A DNA stretch of 48,115 bases from Actinomycetota bacterium (GTDB taxonomy: Bacteria; Actinomycetota; UBA4738; HRBIN12), in contig VAXZ01000113.1 of assembly GCA_005885035.1 (NCBI GenBank), positions 1 to 48,115 of the forward strand. The letters run 5' to 3'. The translations under genes were made by a program, and so were the position numbers. Below the pieces are notes generated by a model. The model saw only the letters and a list, made by a program, of their open reading frames with translations, was not told the DNA's origin and ran no database searches. Positions within the stretch are counted from its first letter, which is position 1, and each line of letters opens with the position of its first letter. Of this stretch, positions 27,371-37,143 are shown in pieces.

Positions 27371-28096
27371 TTGGCAACCGAAGACAAGACCCCGCTCCGG
27401 GAGAGCAGGCCGTCCAACTCCGGGCGAACCACGAAGACCGCCGATCGGTCGAAGGTAGCCCGGAATCGGATCATCGGCGGCGTCGTCGCTGTCGTGGTAG
27501 TGCTCATCGCCATCTTCCTGTTGACACGGGGTGGCCGTGTCATCGACAACACCCCACCCGGCACGGTCGACTTCAAGCTCAAGGGGTCGACGTTCGTACC
27601 CACGCAGCTCCAGGGCGACAAGAAGGCGCAGCAGGACGCGGCGAAAGTCACCGCCAACGACCTCCGGGTGCGATTGGACGTCCTGTTCGACACCGCGTAC
27701 GTGGATCCCGATACCTGGGGCGACACGGGCAAGATCAAGGACCTTTTCACCGGTAGCGCACAGGATCAGCTCGACGGCGACATCAAGACCCTTACCCTCG
27801 GCCCGAACGCCGGTGACACCTACGACTCGGTCGACCCCCGAACGAGCACCGTGAAGGTCCGCGTTCTGACCGACGCGAGAGGCAACGCGATCCGTGCTTC
27901 GGGGGCCCTCACGTTCACCGCGCTCGCGACCCACGACGACGGCACCTACTCGGCGGTCACGGTGATGGGGACCGCGATCTTCGTGCAGGACAGCGGCACG
28001 TGGAAGATCGAGGCGTACAGCCTCTCCCGTTCGGAGAAGCCGACGACGGCTCCTGCCCCGTCCGGTTCCACCTCACCCACCGCGGAGGCGACGTGA
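27371..28096 (+). CDS. hypothetical N-terminally anchored exported protein (NTF2-like feel), coupled to the LCP gene
   Basis: TTG start. Single TM IIGGVVAVVVVLIAIFLL. The C-terminal part ends ...GTAIFVQDSGTWKIEAYSL plus a Pro/Ser/Thr tail. Its stop overlaps the next start (GTGA). Confidence 0.5.
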   Translation: MATEDKTPLRESRPSNSGRTTKTADRSKVARNRIIGGVVAVVVVLIAIFLLTRGGRVIDNTPPGTVDFKLKGSTFVPTQLQGDKKAQQDAAKVTANDLRVRLDVLFDTAYVDPDTWGDTGKIKDLFTGSAQDQLDGDIKTLTLGPNAGDTYDSVDPRTSTVKVRVLTDARGNAIRASGALTFTALATHDDGTYSAVTVMGTAIFVQDSGTWKIEAYSLSRSEKPTTAPAPSGSTSPTAEAT

Positions 28097-29043
28097 CCAG
28101 ACGTTTCGTGGCGATCGTGCTCGTCCTCGCGGCCTGGATCGGTGGCACCGTCGCCGGCTCGCTCGGACAGGTTCCGGCCGCCGCTTCGAACCCCGGCATC
28201 CTGATCGGGAAGGCGCACGCCGACTACACCCCCTCGCTCACCGGCTCCAAGCCGATCGTGATCCTCGCCGTCGGCAGCGGCGCCCGGCCGGGTGAGGACC
28301 TGCTGCATTCACTCTCGGATTCGCTGCACCTGATCTTCCTGAACCCCGATCAGCATCACGCGACGATGGTGGGCATCCCGCGGGATTCCTGGGTGGACAT
28401 CCCTGGCCACGGCAGCAACAAGATCAACAGCGCGCTCGCGACCGGCGGCCCCGATCTGATGGTCCAGACGATCGAGTCAAGGTTCGGCGTGCACATCGAC
28501 TATTGGGCGATAACGACCTTCTGGGGCTTCAAGGCCATGATCGACAAGATCGGCGGCCTTGCCGTGAACGTCCCCTTCCGGATGCTCGATACCTACTCGG
28601 GCGTCGATCTCCAAGCCGGCGCCCAGCGGCTGAACGGAGAGCAAGCCCTCGCGATGGCTCGGGACCGCCACAGCTTGCTGGCGGGCGACTTCGGCAGGCA
28701 GGAAGACGGTGGTCGGCTGATCCTTGCAGCACTCGCCCAGTTCCAGAAGGAGTACGACAAGGACCCCAGCGCCCTTCTGACGTGGATCGGGGCGGGCCTG
28801 TCGAACATGAGCACGACCCTCACGGTGGACCAGGTGCTGCAGCTCGCGTACACCGTGACGGCACAGCCGGTCAAGAACGTTCAGAACATCGTCCTGCCAG
28901 GCTCTTCGGCGTCGATCGGAGGCCTCTCGGCCGTCGCGCTCAACACCGCGGCGGCTTCGGCGATCTTCCGGGACGTCACCCCCGACGGCATCGTCTCCAA
29001 GAAGAACGCGCCACCGAGTCCGACCGCGAACCAGCCGCGGTGA
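28093..29043 (+). CDS. LCP (LytR-CpsA-Psr) family cell-wall glycopolymer transferase
   Basis: GTG 28093 (VTRRFVAIVLVLAAWIGG signal anchor). Motifs: LSDSLHLIFLNPDQHHATMVGIPRDSWVDIPGHGSNKINSA and LNGEQALAMARDRH. Confidence 0.85.
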   Translation: MTRRFVAIVLVLAAWIGGTVAGSLGQVPAAASNPGILIGKAHADYTPSLTGSKPIVILAVGSGARPGEDLLHSLSDSLHLIFLNPDQHHATMVGIPRDSWVDIPGHGSNKINSALATGGPDLMVQTIESRFGVHIDYWAITTFWGFKAMIDKIGGLAVNVPFRMLDTYSGVDLQAGAQRLNGEQALAMARDRHSLLAGDFGRQEDGGRLILAALAQFQKEYDKDPSALLTWIGAGLSNMSTTLTVDQVLQLAYTVTAQPVKNVQNIVLPGSSASIGGLSAVALNTAAASAIFRDVTPDGIVSKKNAPPSPTANQPR

Positions 29044-29049
29044 TCCGGC

Positions 29050-30093
29050 TCAGAGCTTCGTCACGACGTACGCGACGTACCCGCCGTAGAACACGCCCTG
29101 CAGCAGCAAGAGCGGTGCGGACAGACGTCCCCGGATCCGAAGGGTCAGGTACAGGACGGAGCCGGCGAGCAGCGCGACGCACGCCGCGACCAGCGCCTCA
29201 TGCGCGAGTTCCCACGGAGTGAGCAGCAGTCCGACCGTCACCGGGAACGACGACTGGAACACCATGGCGCCGGTCATGTTGCCCATCGCCAACGTGTCCT
29301 TGTTCCGGCGCACCCACAGGACGCTGTTGAACTTCTCAGGGAGCTCCGTCGCGAGCGGGGCGACCAGGAGCGAGAACGCGAGCGGCGGCAGACCCGCCGC
29401 CTTCCCGAGGTTGCCCACTGCGTCGACGAAGAGCTTCGCCCCGCCCACCATGAGGATCAACCCGACGGTGACCTGAACGAAGGGCGCGGCCGTCGAGCGC
29501 TCGAGGGTCCACGCCGGGAGGCTCCGCACGCCCATCCGAAGCACCACCCACAGGCGGAGCGGCCGGATGTCGTTCCCGCTCTCCTCGCTCTCGGGTTGCG
29601 GCGCCTGGAAGTGCCGTCGCACGTAATACGCGTACCCCACGACCAGCACGATCGCGAGGCACACGTCGATCGTGCGAACGTGGAGCAGCCCGGCGACCAT
29701 CGCCAGGGCGTACATCACCAGGAAATAGCCCAGATCCTGGTGTATCACGCGCCGGTCGATATCCAGATCGAGGCTCCGACGCCCGCCACGGCCGTAGAAC
29801 AGGACCGCGACCCCGATCACGACCATCGCGAGCGTCGTCAGCATGAATGGCGCTCCCAGGATGGCGCCGATCCCGATCTCATCGCCGGCCTCGTGTCCCG
29901 AGACGATCGCGACGATCGGCAGCAGGGTCTCGGGCAGGGCGGTCCCGATCGCGGCGAGGACAGAGCCGACGGCTCCCTCCGACAGGCCGAACCCCTCGCC
30001 GACCCACTCGATGCCGTTCGTGAAGAGCTCCGCCGCAACGAGGATGATCAAGAGAGAAGCGACCAGGAAGACCCAATCCATGTGGCGGGCCAT
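29050..30093 (-). CDS. CaCA-family sodium/calcium (cation/Ca2+) antiporter
   Basis: Alpha-repeat motifs AAIGTALPETLLPIVA and VAPLATELPEKFNSVLW. About 10 TM helices. ATG 30093; ATG 30081 is an alternative. Confidence 0.8.
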   Translation of the reverse strand: MARHMDWVFLVASLLIILVAAELFTNGIEWVGEGFGLSEGAVGSVLAAIGTALPETLLPIVAIVSGHEAGDEIGIGAILGAPFMLTTLAMVVIGVAVLFYGRGGRRSLDLDIDRRVIHQDLGYFLVMYALAMVAGLLHVRTIDVCLAIVLVVGYAYYVRRHFQAPQPESEESGNDIRPLRLWVVLRMGVRSLPAWTLERSTAAPFVQVTVGLILMVGGAKLFVDAVGNLGKAAGLPPLAFSLLVAPLATELPEKFNSVLWVRRNKDTLAMGNMTGAMVFQSSFPVTVGLLLTPWELAHEALVAACVALLAGSVLYLTLRIRGRLSAPLLLLQGVFYGGYVAYVVTKL

Positions 30094-30212
30094 GCTCGCA
30101 GGGGTGCTAGGGTCTCGCAACCGATGAGCCGCGCGGAGGCGACCCAGCGATCCGGTCTCCTCTCCGAGATGGCCCGTCGGGTGACGTCGCCGGACCCTCG
30201 TAGCCTGGGCCG

Positions 30213-32483
30213 GTGGACCCGCAGGCGTTCCTCGATCACCTGACCGCCGATCCCGAGGTCGACGGGTCGCTGGTGCACGTACAGGAACTCCCCGCACGAC
30301 CACCCCTCGTGCAGCCGTTCCCCGCGGGTTTCCCTGAGGTGCTGGTCGGACGCCTCGGCTTGCTCGGCATCGACGGGCTCTATCCGCACCAGGCCGAAGG
30401 ATTGGCGGCGCTGGCGGACGGGCGTGACGTGATGCTTGCCACCGGCACCGCCAGCGGCAAGTCGCTCGTGTACCAGGTGGCGTTCGCGCAGGCCGCGCTC
30501 ACGGTCCCCAAGGCCACCGCGCTGTTCCTGTTCCCGACGAAGGCCCTCGCGCGCGACCAGCTCCGGTCCGTCCGGTCGCTCAAGCTCCCGCAGCTCAAGG
30601 CCGCGGTGTACGACGGGGATACGCCGCGGGCGGAGCGCCCACTGATCCGGAGGACCGCGAACCTCGTGCTGACCAACCCCGACATGCTCCATGCGTCGCT
30701 GCTCCCCGATCACGCCCGGTGGGCCGACTTCTTCCTCCGCCTGTCGCTCGTGGTGATCGACGAGGCGCACGTGCTGCGCGGGGTCTTCGGCTCCCAGGTC
30801 GCGATGGTCCTGCGCCGGCTCCGGCGGCTGATCGCGGTGCACGGCGGCGAGCCGCGCTGGTGCCTCGCAACCGCCACCGTCGGGAACCCGGCAGAGCTCG
30901 CCGCTCGCCTCACCGGACTGCACGTCGAGGTCATCGAACGCGACGCCTCGCCGCGCGGCCGGAAGCTCTTCGCGCTCTGGAACCCGCCGGTGATCGATGA
31001 CGAGACCGGGGCGCGACGGAGCGCGCTGACCGAAGCGTCGTGGGCGATGGCCGGGCTCGTCGACCTTGGCGCGCGCACGATCGGGTTCACGCGGAGCCGG
31101 CGTGCTGCCGAGCTGCTCGCCGAGTTCACCCGTCGTGGGCTCTCCGACCCACGGATGCGAACACGGGTCAAGAGCTACCGGGCCGGCTACCTCGCCGAGG
31201 ACCGCCGCGCGATCGAGCGGCAGCTCGCGAACGGCGAGCTGCTCGCGGTCGCGTCCACGAGCGCGCTCGAGCTCGGGATGGACATCGGCTCGCTCGACGC
31301 CGCCGTGTTGACGGGCTATCCCGGGACCCGAGCGTCGATGTGGCAGCAAGCGGGCCGAGCGGGGCGTCGCGAGGCCGAGTCGCTCGCCATCCTCGTGGCG
31401 CAGGACGACCCGCTCGACCAGTACCTCGCGCAGCATCACGAGGAGCTGTTCGACCGGCCGGCCGAGGACGCCGTGATCGACCCGGGCAACCCGTACGTGA
31501 TGGGACCGCATCTGCGCTGCGCGGCAAGCGAGCTCCCCCTGACGCAGGACGACCTCGGCAGGTTCTTCGGTCCGGAGGCCGAGCCGTTGGTCGAGGAGCT
31601 GATCGCCGACGGTGCGCTCTCGCGACGGCAAGCCGGAACGCTGCACGACGTCGGCCGCGACTCCCCGCACCGTGAGGTCGACATCCGCGCCGGTTCCGGT
31701 CACGTCTACCGGATCGTGCTCCATGGGACCGGCGAGCTCCTCGGGACCTCCGACGAGCATCGGGCGTTCGGCACGCTGCATCCCGGAGCCGTCTACCTGC
31801 ATCAGGGTGAACAGTTCCTGGTGCAGGAGCTGAACCTCACGGACCGCGTCGCGGTCGTCACGGAAGCCGATCCCGACTTCTACACGCAGGCGCGCGACGT
31901 CACGGACATCCAGATCGTGGATGTCGTTCAACGTCGTCCGCTCGGTGGTGCCGAGGTGTGCTTCGGCGACGTGCGCGTGACGAACCAGGTCGTCGGCTAC
32001 GTCCGCAAGCTCGTCTCGACCAACGAGCTCGTCGGGGACCATCCGCTCGCGCTGCCGCCCGTGACCCTCGACACGCGGGCGACCTGGTGGACGCTCCCCG
32101 GCCGCCTCTTCCACGAGGCGGCGGTCGGCCCCCGCCAGCTCCCCGGCGCGATCCACGCCGCCGAGCACTGCGCGATCGGTCTCCTGCCGTTGGTCGCGAC
32201 GTGCGACCGGTGGGACGTCGGCGGCGTTTCGACGCCGATGCACGAGGACACCGGGCTCACCACGATCTTCGTCTACGACGGATACGAGGGAGGAGCCGGG
32301 GTCACCGAACGAGGGTTCCGGAACGTCGAACGGTGGTTGCACGCCACGCTGGAGCGGCTCCGTGAGTGCCCGTGCCGCGACGGTTGTCCCTCCTGCGTGC
32401 AATCGCCGAAGTGCGGCAACGGCAACGAGCCGCTGGACAAGGCAGCCGCCGCGGCGCTGCTCGCGGTCGTGCTCCGCGGTTGA
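30213..32483 (+). CDS. DEAD/DEAH-box helicase with C-terminal DUF1998 zinc module (MrfA/YprA/SftH-like)
   Basis: GTG 30213. Motif I ATGTASGKSL. Motif II VVIDEAHVLRG. Motif VI WQQAGRAGRR. C-terminal CPCRDGCPSCVQSPKCGNGNEPLDK. Confidence 0.9.
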   Translation: MDPQAFLDHLTADPEVDGSLVHVQELPARPPLVQPFPAGFPEVLVGRLGLLGIDGLYPHQAEGLAALADGRDVMLATGTASGKSLVYQVAFAQAALTVPKATALFLFPTKALARDQLRSVRSLKLPQLKAAVYDGDTPRAERPLIRRTANLVLTNPDMLHASLLPDHARWADFFLRLSLVVIDEAHVLRGVFGSQVAMVLRRLRRLIAVHGGEPRWCLATATVGNPAELAARLTGLHVEVIERDASPRGRKLFALWNPPVIDDETGARRSALTEASWAMAGLVDLGARTIGFTRSRRAAELLAEFTRRGLSDPRMRTRVKSYRAGYLAEDRRAIERQLANGELLAVASTSALELGMDIGSLDAAVLTGYPGTRASMWQQAGRAGRREAESLAILVAQDDPLDQYLAQHHEELFDRPAEDAVIDPGNPYVMGPHLRCAASELPLTQDDLGRFFGPEAEPLVEELIADGALSRRQAGTLHDVGRDSPHREVDIRAGSGHVYRIVLHGTGELLGTSDEHRAFGTLHPGAVYLHQGEQFLVQELNLTDRVAVVTEADPDFYTQARDVTDIQIVDVVQRRPLGGAEVCFGDVRVTNQVVGYVRKLVSTNELVGDHPLALPPVTLDTRATWWTLPGRLFHEAAVGPRQLPGAIHAAEHCAIGLLPLVATCDRWDVGGVSTPMHEDTGLTTIFVYDGYEGGAGVTERGFRNVERWLHATLERLRECPCRDGCPSCVQSPKCGNGNEPLDKAAAAALLAVVLRG

Positions 32484-32506
32484 CCGGCGCGGACTAGTCT
32501 GCGGCC

Positions 32507-33091
32507 GTGCGTCTCACGCCCACCGACGAAGATCGCCTCCGGATCTTCTCGGCAGCCGAGCTCGCCCGGCGGACGCTCGCCCGAGGTCTGCAGCTGAACG
32601 CGCCCGAGGCGATCGCGCTCGCCTGCGACGAGATGCACGCCGCGGCGCGCGGGGGTGCTTCGTACGAAGACGTCGTCCAAGCGGGACGTGTCGCGGTCGC
32701 GCCAGACCAGGTACTCGACGGCGTGGCCGACGTCGCGCCGGAGATCCGCTTGGAAGTCCTGCTCGACGAAGGCTCTCGTCTCGTCGTGATCCGCGCGCCG
32801 TTCGGCCCGCGTTCCGATGACGGACCCGGGGCCATGCGATTCGCCGAGGGCGACGTCTTGCTCGCTCCGGAGCGACCGCGCATCACGCTCACCGTCACCA
32901 ACACGTCGGAACGCCCGATCCGCGTCTCCTCGCACTTCCCGTTCGACGAGGCGAACGCGAAGCTGGCGTTCGATCGCGATGCCGCGCGCGGGTTCCGGCT
33001 GGACCTCCCCGCCGGGGATTCGTGGCGATGGGCCCCGGGCGAGACCCGCGACGTCGACCTGGTGCAGTTCGGGGGCTCGGCGGGTGCCTGA
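32507..33091 (+). CDS. ureAB: urease gamma-beta fusion subunit
   Basis: The N-terminal 100 aa, MRLTPTDEDRLRIFSAAELARRTLARGLQLNAPEAIAL..., resemble the gamma subunit. The C-terminal part, ITLTVTNTSERPIRVSSHFPFDEANAKLAFDRDAARGFRLDLPAGDSWRWAPGETRDVDLVQFGG, resembles the beta subunit. Confidence 0.9.
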   Translation: MRLTPTDEDRLRIFSAAELARRTLARGLQLNAPEAIALACDEMHAAARGGASYEDVVQAGRVAVAPDQVLDGVADVAPEIRLEVLLDEGSRLVVIRAPFGPRSDDGPGAMRFAEGDVLLAPERPRITLTVTNTSERPIRVSSHFPFDEANAKLAFDRDAARGFRLDLPAGDSWRWAPGETRDVDLVQFGGSAGA

Positions 33092-34781
33092 TCGCATCTC
33101 CAGGCAGGAACACGCGCTCCGACACGGACCCACGATCGGCGACCGGGTGCGACTGGGCGATACCGACCTCTGGATCCGGATCGAAGACGACCTGACCGAG
33201 CCCGCCGATCAAGTGCTCTGGGGCTACGCGAAGAACCTCCGCTCGCGGATGGGCCAGCACGATCGCGCGACGTCCGAGAGCGAGCTCGACGCCGTGATCG
33301 GTGGCGCGATCGTCGTCGATCCGCTGGTCGGGATCGTCAAGGCCGACGTCGGCATCAAGGACGGCCGCGTCGTGGGTATCGGCAGGGCCGGCAACCCGGA
33401 CATCATGGACGGCGTGGACCTGACGATCGGCCCCGGGACCTGGCCGATCCCTTGCCACGGCCTGCTCGTTACGCCCGGCGCGGTCGACTCGCACGTGCAT
33501 CTGCTGAGCCCCCGACTCGTTCCCGTCGCCCTGTCGGCAGGCGTCACCACCCTCGTGACGGCCGGGTTCGAGGAGCCCGCGTGGCGGATGATCCGCACCT
33601 TCGAGGCGTTCGAGCGCCTGCCGGTGAACCTCGGCTTGCAGGCCTCGGCCCGAACGGATGTCTCGGGGTCCGCCGAGCGTGCGATCTTGTCGGGCGCGAT
33701 CGGCCTGAAGGTCCACGAGGACTGGGGCGCCTCGGCGCAGATCGTCGACGCGACGCTCGCGACGGCCGAGGCCTTCGACGTCGCCGTCTGTCTGCACACC
33801 GACGGCCTCAACGAATCGGGCGAGCTGGAGGAGACGGTCGCCGCGATCGCCGGTCGGTCGGTCCACGCCTATCACGTCGAGGGCGCCGGCGGTGGACACA
33901 TCCCGGATCTGCTCGCGATCGTCCGCGAGCCGAACGTGATCTGCTCGTCGACGACGCCGAGCCTCCCGTACGGCCGGGCGACTGCCGCCGAGCATGTCGA
34001 CATGATCCAGATCGTCCACGAAGGGAACCCTTCGCTCCCAGAGGACGTGGCGGCCGCGCGCGAGCGGATCCACCCCAAAACGATGGCCGCGGAGGGGCCG
34101 CTGCACGAGCTCGGCGCGATCTCCATCGTGAACAGCGACTCGCAGGGCATGGGGCGGATCGGCGAGACGGTCCGCCGGACGTGGCAGCTCGCGCACGCGA
34201 TGAAGTCGTGGCGCGCGTCGGCGGCGGGGGAAGGATGGCCCGACGCGCTTCCCATCGAGGACGACGACAACCGACGGGTCCTCCGCTATCTGGCGAAGCA
34301 CACCGTCGAGCCGGCGAGGACCCACGGCCTCCACGAAGAGGTCGGATCCCTCGCACCCGGTCACCTGGCCGACCTGGTGCTGTGGGACCCGTCGTCCTTC
34401 GGCGCGAAGCCTCTCGCGGTGATGAAGGGCGGGGCCATCGCCTGGGGGCCGATCGGCGAGGGCAACGCCTCGGTCCACGGTTCGGAGCCGACCAGGTTCG
34501 GTCCCGACTGGGGCGGTACGGGCGACGCACCGCCTGGCCTCGCGGCCACCTTCGTGTCGGCTGCAGCCGTGGAGTCCGGCATCGCACACACCCTCCGAAC
34601 CCGCCGGCGGGTGGTCGCCGTCCGGGGGACGCGAGGGTTCCGGCGGACCGATCTGATCGCCAACACGGCCGTCCCGCCGATCGAGGTGTCGCGGACCGAC
34701 GGGGCCGTGACGCTCGACGGCCGAGAGCTCGCCGCGGAACCCGTCTCGAACGTCCCGCTCAGCCGGCGCTACTTCCTGTGA
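33084..34781 (+). CDS. ureC: urease alpha (catalytic) subunit, divergent
   Basis: GTG 33084 overlaps the ureAB stop (GTGCCTGA). Metal and catalytic motifs present: DSHVHLL, GLKVHEDWG, LHTDGLNESG, HVEGAGGGHIPD, NSDSQGMGRIGE, and the C-terminal RRYFL. The flap reads IVHEGNP instead of VCHHLDP. About 10 aa are missing after SAGVTTLV. Confidence 0.9.
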   Translation: MPDRISRQEHALRHGPTIGDRVRLGDTDLWIRIEDDLTEPADQVLWGYAKNLRSRMGQHDRATSESELDAVIGGAIVVDPLVGIVKADVGIKDGRVVGIGRAGNPDIMDGVDLTIGPGTWPIPCHGLLVTPGAVDSHVHLLSPRLVPVALSAGVTTLVTAGFEEPAWRMIRTFEAFERLPVNLGLQASARTDVSGSAERAILSGAIGLKVHEDWGASAQIVDATLATAEAFDVAVCLHTDGLNESGELEETVAAIAGRSVHAYHVEGAGGGHIPDLLAIVREPNVICSSTTPSLPYGRATAAEHVDMIQIVHEGNPSLPEDVAAARERIHPKTMAAEGPLHELGAISIVNSDSQGMGRIGETVRRTWQLAHAMKSWRASAAGEGWPDALPIEDDDNRRVLRYLAKHTVEPARTHGLHEEVGSLAPGHLADLVLWDPSSFGAKPLAVMKGGAIAWGPIGEGNASVHGSEPTRFGPDWGGTGDAPPGLAATFVSAAAVESGIAHTLRTRRRVVAVRGTRGFRRTDLIANTAVPPIEVSRTDGAVTLDGRELAAEPVSNVPLSRRYFL

Positions 34782-34865
34782 ACGATGCACTCGAAGTTCG
34801 GATCGACCCGCCACCGCGACCCATCCCTTGCACCACGAGGGCATCTTCGGCCAGACTCTGCCGAT

Positions 34866-35927
34866 ATGTCCGCTGAGAGGGGAGTCGGCGAGATCGACGT
34901 CGGCTCGGTGGAGCTACTCGGCGTCACGAAGCGCTTCGGGACGGTGACCGCGGTCGACGCGATCGATATCCAGGTTCGTCCCGGCGAGTTCCTCTCGCTC
35001 CTCGGGCCATCCGGGTGCGGCAAGACGACCACGCTTCGGATGCTCGCGGGGTTCGAGGATCCGGACGAGGGCGAGATCCGGATCTCGGGTCGGGCGGTCC
35101 AAGGCGTCCCGCCACACCGGCGCGACGTGAACACCGTGTTCCAGAACTATGCGCTCTTCCCCCACATGTCTGTCTCGGAGAACGTCGCCTACGGCCTCCG
35201 CCAGAAGAAGACGGACAAGACCGAGATCGGGCGGCGGGTGGGCGAGGCGCTCGAAATGGTGAAGATGAGCAGGCTCGCGAACCGCAAACCGCGGGAGATG
35301 TCCGGCGGGCAGCAACAGCGGGTGGCGCTCGCCCGGGCGCTGGTGAACCGGCCGAGCCTCTTGCTGCTCGACGAGCCCCTCGGCGCGCTCGATCGCAAGC
35401 TCCGCGAGGAGATGCAGATCGAGCTGAAGCTGCTGCAGTCCCAGGTCGGCATCACGTTCATCTTCGTTACGCACGACCAAGACGAGGCCCTGTCGATGAG
35501 CGATCGGATCGCGGTGATGTTGGACGGGCGGGTCGAGCAGCTCGCCGACCCGGACACGGTCTACGATCACCCGAGGTCTGCGTTCGTCGCGGGGTTCATC
35601 GGGAAACAGAACTTCTTCGAAGGCACGTCGCGCGACGGGGGCTCCATCGTCGAGGGGGATGGATGGACCTTCCGTACTTCGCTCGTTCCAATCGGCGCCG
35701 TGGATGGGCACGCCGCGCTCGCCGACGTGATCCAGTTCGTCGTGCTCACACCCGGTCGCAAGGAGGTCATCGCCCGACTCCCGCGCCCGGACGCTCCGCG
35801 TCTGGACGTCGGTGGGCGAGTGTGGTGCTCGTGGGAGGCGGATCACACCCACGTGTTCGGGGCAGAGCAAGCCGAGATCGTGCTCGCCGACCCGGCGAGC
35901 GATGAAGCCGCGGCGATCGCTGGTTGA
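34866..35927 (+). CDS. ABC transporter ATP-binding protein (PotA/spermidine-putrescine type)
   Basis: ATG 34866. Motifs: LLGPSGCGKTT, MSGGQQQRVALARAL, LLLLDEPLGALD, FVTHDQDEA. It has a C-terminal regulatory extension. Confidence 0.9.
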   Translation: MSAERGVGEIDVGSVELLGVTKRFGTVTAVDAIDIQVRPGEFLSLLGPSGCGKTTTLRMLAGFEDPDEGEIRISGRAVQGVPPHRRDVNTVFQNYALFPHMSVSENVAYGLRQKKTDKTEIGRRVGEALEMVKMSRLANRKPREMSGGQQQRVALARALVNRPSLLLLDEPLGALDRKLREEMQIELKLLQSQVGITFIFVTHDQDEALSMSDRIAVMLDGRVEQLADPDTVYDHPRSAFVAGFIGKQNFFEGTSRDGGSIVEGDGWTFRTSLVPIGAVDGHAALADVIQFVVLTPGRKEVIARLPRPDAPRLDVGGRVWCSWEADHTHVFGAEQAEIVLADPASDEAAAIAG

Positions 35928-35962
35928 GGCGGTATCGAGGCAGTACGAGAGGAGGAGACTTG

Positions 35963-37135
35963 ATGAGCGATTCAGATGAGGGTCTGAAGATCCTGGCGTC
36001 GGTGGAAAGCGCTCAACGGATCAGTCGGCGCGCGTTCATGGGCGGATCCGTCGTAGCGGCATTCTCGGGGAGCATCTTGTTGTCGGCATGCAGCACCAGC
36101 ACAGGCGGTGCCGCGAGCTCGGGCGCCGCATCCCCGACCCTCGAGGATCAGCTGGAATTCTTCCACTGGGCTCAGTACGACGACCCGAAGCTCTTCAAGA
36201 AGTTCACCAACGAACTGGGACCCGTTACCCACATCGACACCTACACGTCGAACGAGAACGCGATCACGAAGCTGGTGGCCGCGCAGGGCAGCAGCGGGTA
36301 CGACATCGTGGTGCCGACCGGCCCGTACATCCCGCAGATGGTCGCGAACAACCTGCTCCAGGAGCTCGACCTGTCCAAGATCCCGAACTTCCAGAACCTC
36401 GAAACCGTATTCACGAACCAGCCCTGGGATCCCGGCAACAAGCATTCGGTCTGCAAGGACTGGGGAACGGTCGGATGGATCGTCGACAAGAGCCAGATCT
36501 CGACACCGATCAACACCTGGAAGGACTTCATCAACGTCGCGATGACCGAGGCGAGCGGGAACGTCTCCCTGCTCGATGCCCAGAACGAAGTCATGGGCGT
36601 CTACTTCTGGGCGAACGGGATCGACTGGACGACCACGAACCCTGCGGACCTCGACGCGTACGAGGCGTGGACCCTCCAGATGGCGCCGCACGTCAAAGCG
36701 TTCGAGTCGTACCCCGGCTACCAATTCGCTCAATTGGGATACGGGTTATCGCACGTGTGGAACGGTGACGCCCGGCAGGGGTTCAACTCGTTCAAGGATC
36801 CGAGCCGCTATGCCTGGGGCCTCGGCTCGCCCAACACCGAGCTCTGGATGGACAACTGGACCATCGTGCAGGGCGCCCCGCACCCCGAAGCGGCGTACGC
36901 GTTCATCAACTTCATCCTCGATCCGAAGAACTCGCTGCAGGACCTGGCGTTCCACGGCTACAACACCGGGATCACGGGGGTGAAGGAGGCTGCCCAGGCA
37001 GCCGGGATCCCCTACCTGGACATGATCTTCTTCGACCCCGCTCAGCTCGCCACGATGCATGCGCAGGAGATCAACTCGGCGTTCGACCGCGAAGTGCAGA
37101 TCTTCCTGAACATGAAGAACGCCGCGGGCGCATAG
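35963..37135 (+). CDS. extracellular solute-binding lipoprotein (PotD/PotF-like) with Tat-type signal
   Basis: ATG 35963 after GAGGAGGAG. SRRAFMGGSVVAAFSGSILLSAC (twin-Arg motif plus lipobox Cys). The body resembles polyamine-binding proteins (YDIVVPTGPYIPQM, WGTVGW). Confidence 0.85.
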   Translation: MSDSDEGLKILASVESAQRISRRAFMGGSVVAAFSGSILLSACSTSTGGAASSGAASPTLEDQLEFFHWAQYDDPKLFKKFTNELGPVTHIDTYTSNENAITKLVAAQGSSGYDIVVPTGPYIPQMVANNLLQELDLSKIPNFQNLETVFTNQPWDPGNKHSVCKDWGTVGWIVDKSQISTPINTWKDFINVAMTEASGNVSLLDAQNEVMGVYFWANGIDWTTTNPADLDAYEAWTLQMAPHVKAFESYPGYQFAQLGYGLSHVWNGDARQGFNSFKDPSRYAWGLGSPNTELWMDNWTIVQGAPHPEAAYAFINFILDPKNSLQDLAFHGYNTGITGVKEAAQAAGIPYLDMIFFDPAQLATMHAQEINSAFDREVQIFLNMKNAAGA

Positions 37136-37143
37136 GTTCGAAG

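Noticed and set aside
30048-32402. 784-aa minus-strand ORF
   Set aside because: It is antisense to the DEAH/DUF1998 helicase and has no motifs. The helicase motifs I, II and VI and the zinc module are on the + strand.
30213-32483. DUF1998 helicase as part of a DISARM-like or other anti-phage system
   Set aside because: No methyltransferase, PLD nuclease or second DUF1998 gene is nearby. The single helicase with a C-terminal DUF1998 fits the housekeeping MrfA/SftH-type repair helicase, which is commonly found near topA in actinobacteria.
32895-34844. 649-aa minus-strand ORF, plus the 474-aa (+) and 259-aa (-) ORFs within ureC
   Set aside because: They are shadow frames of ureC. Only the 33084..34781 frame carries the urease active-site motifs.
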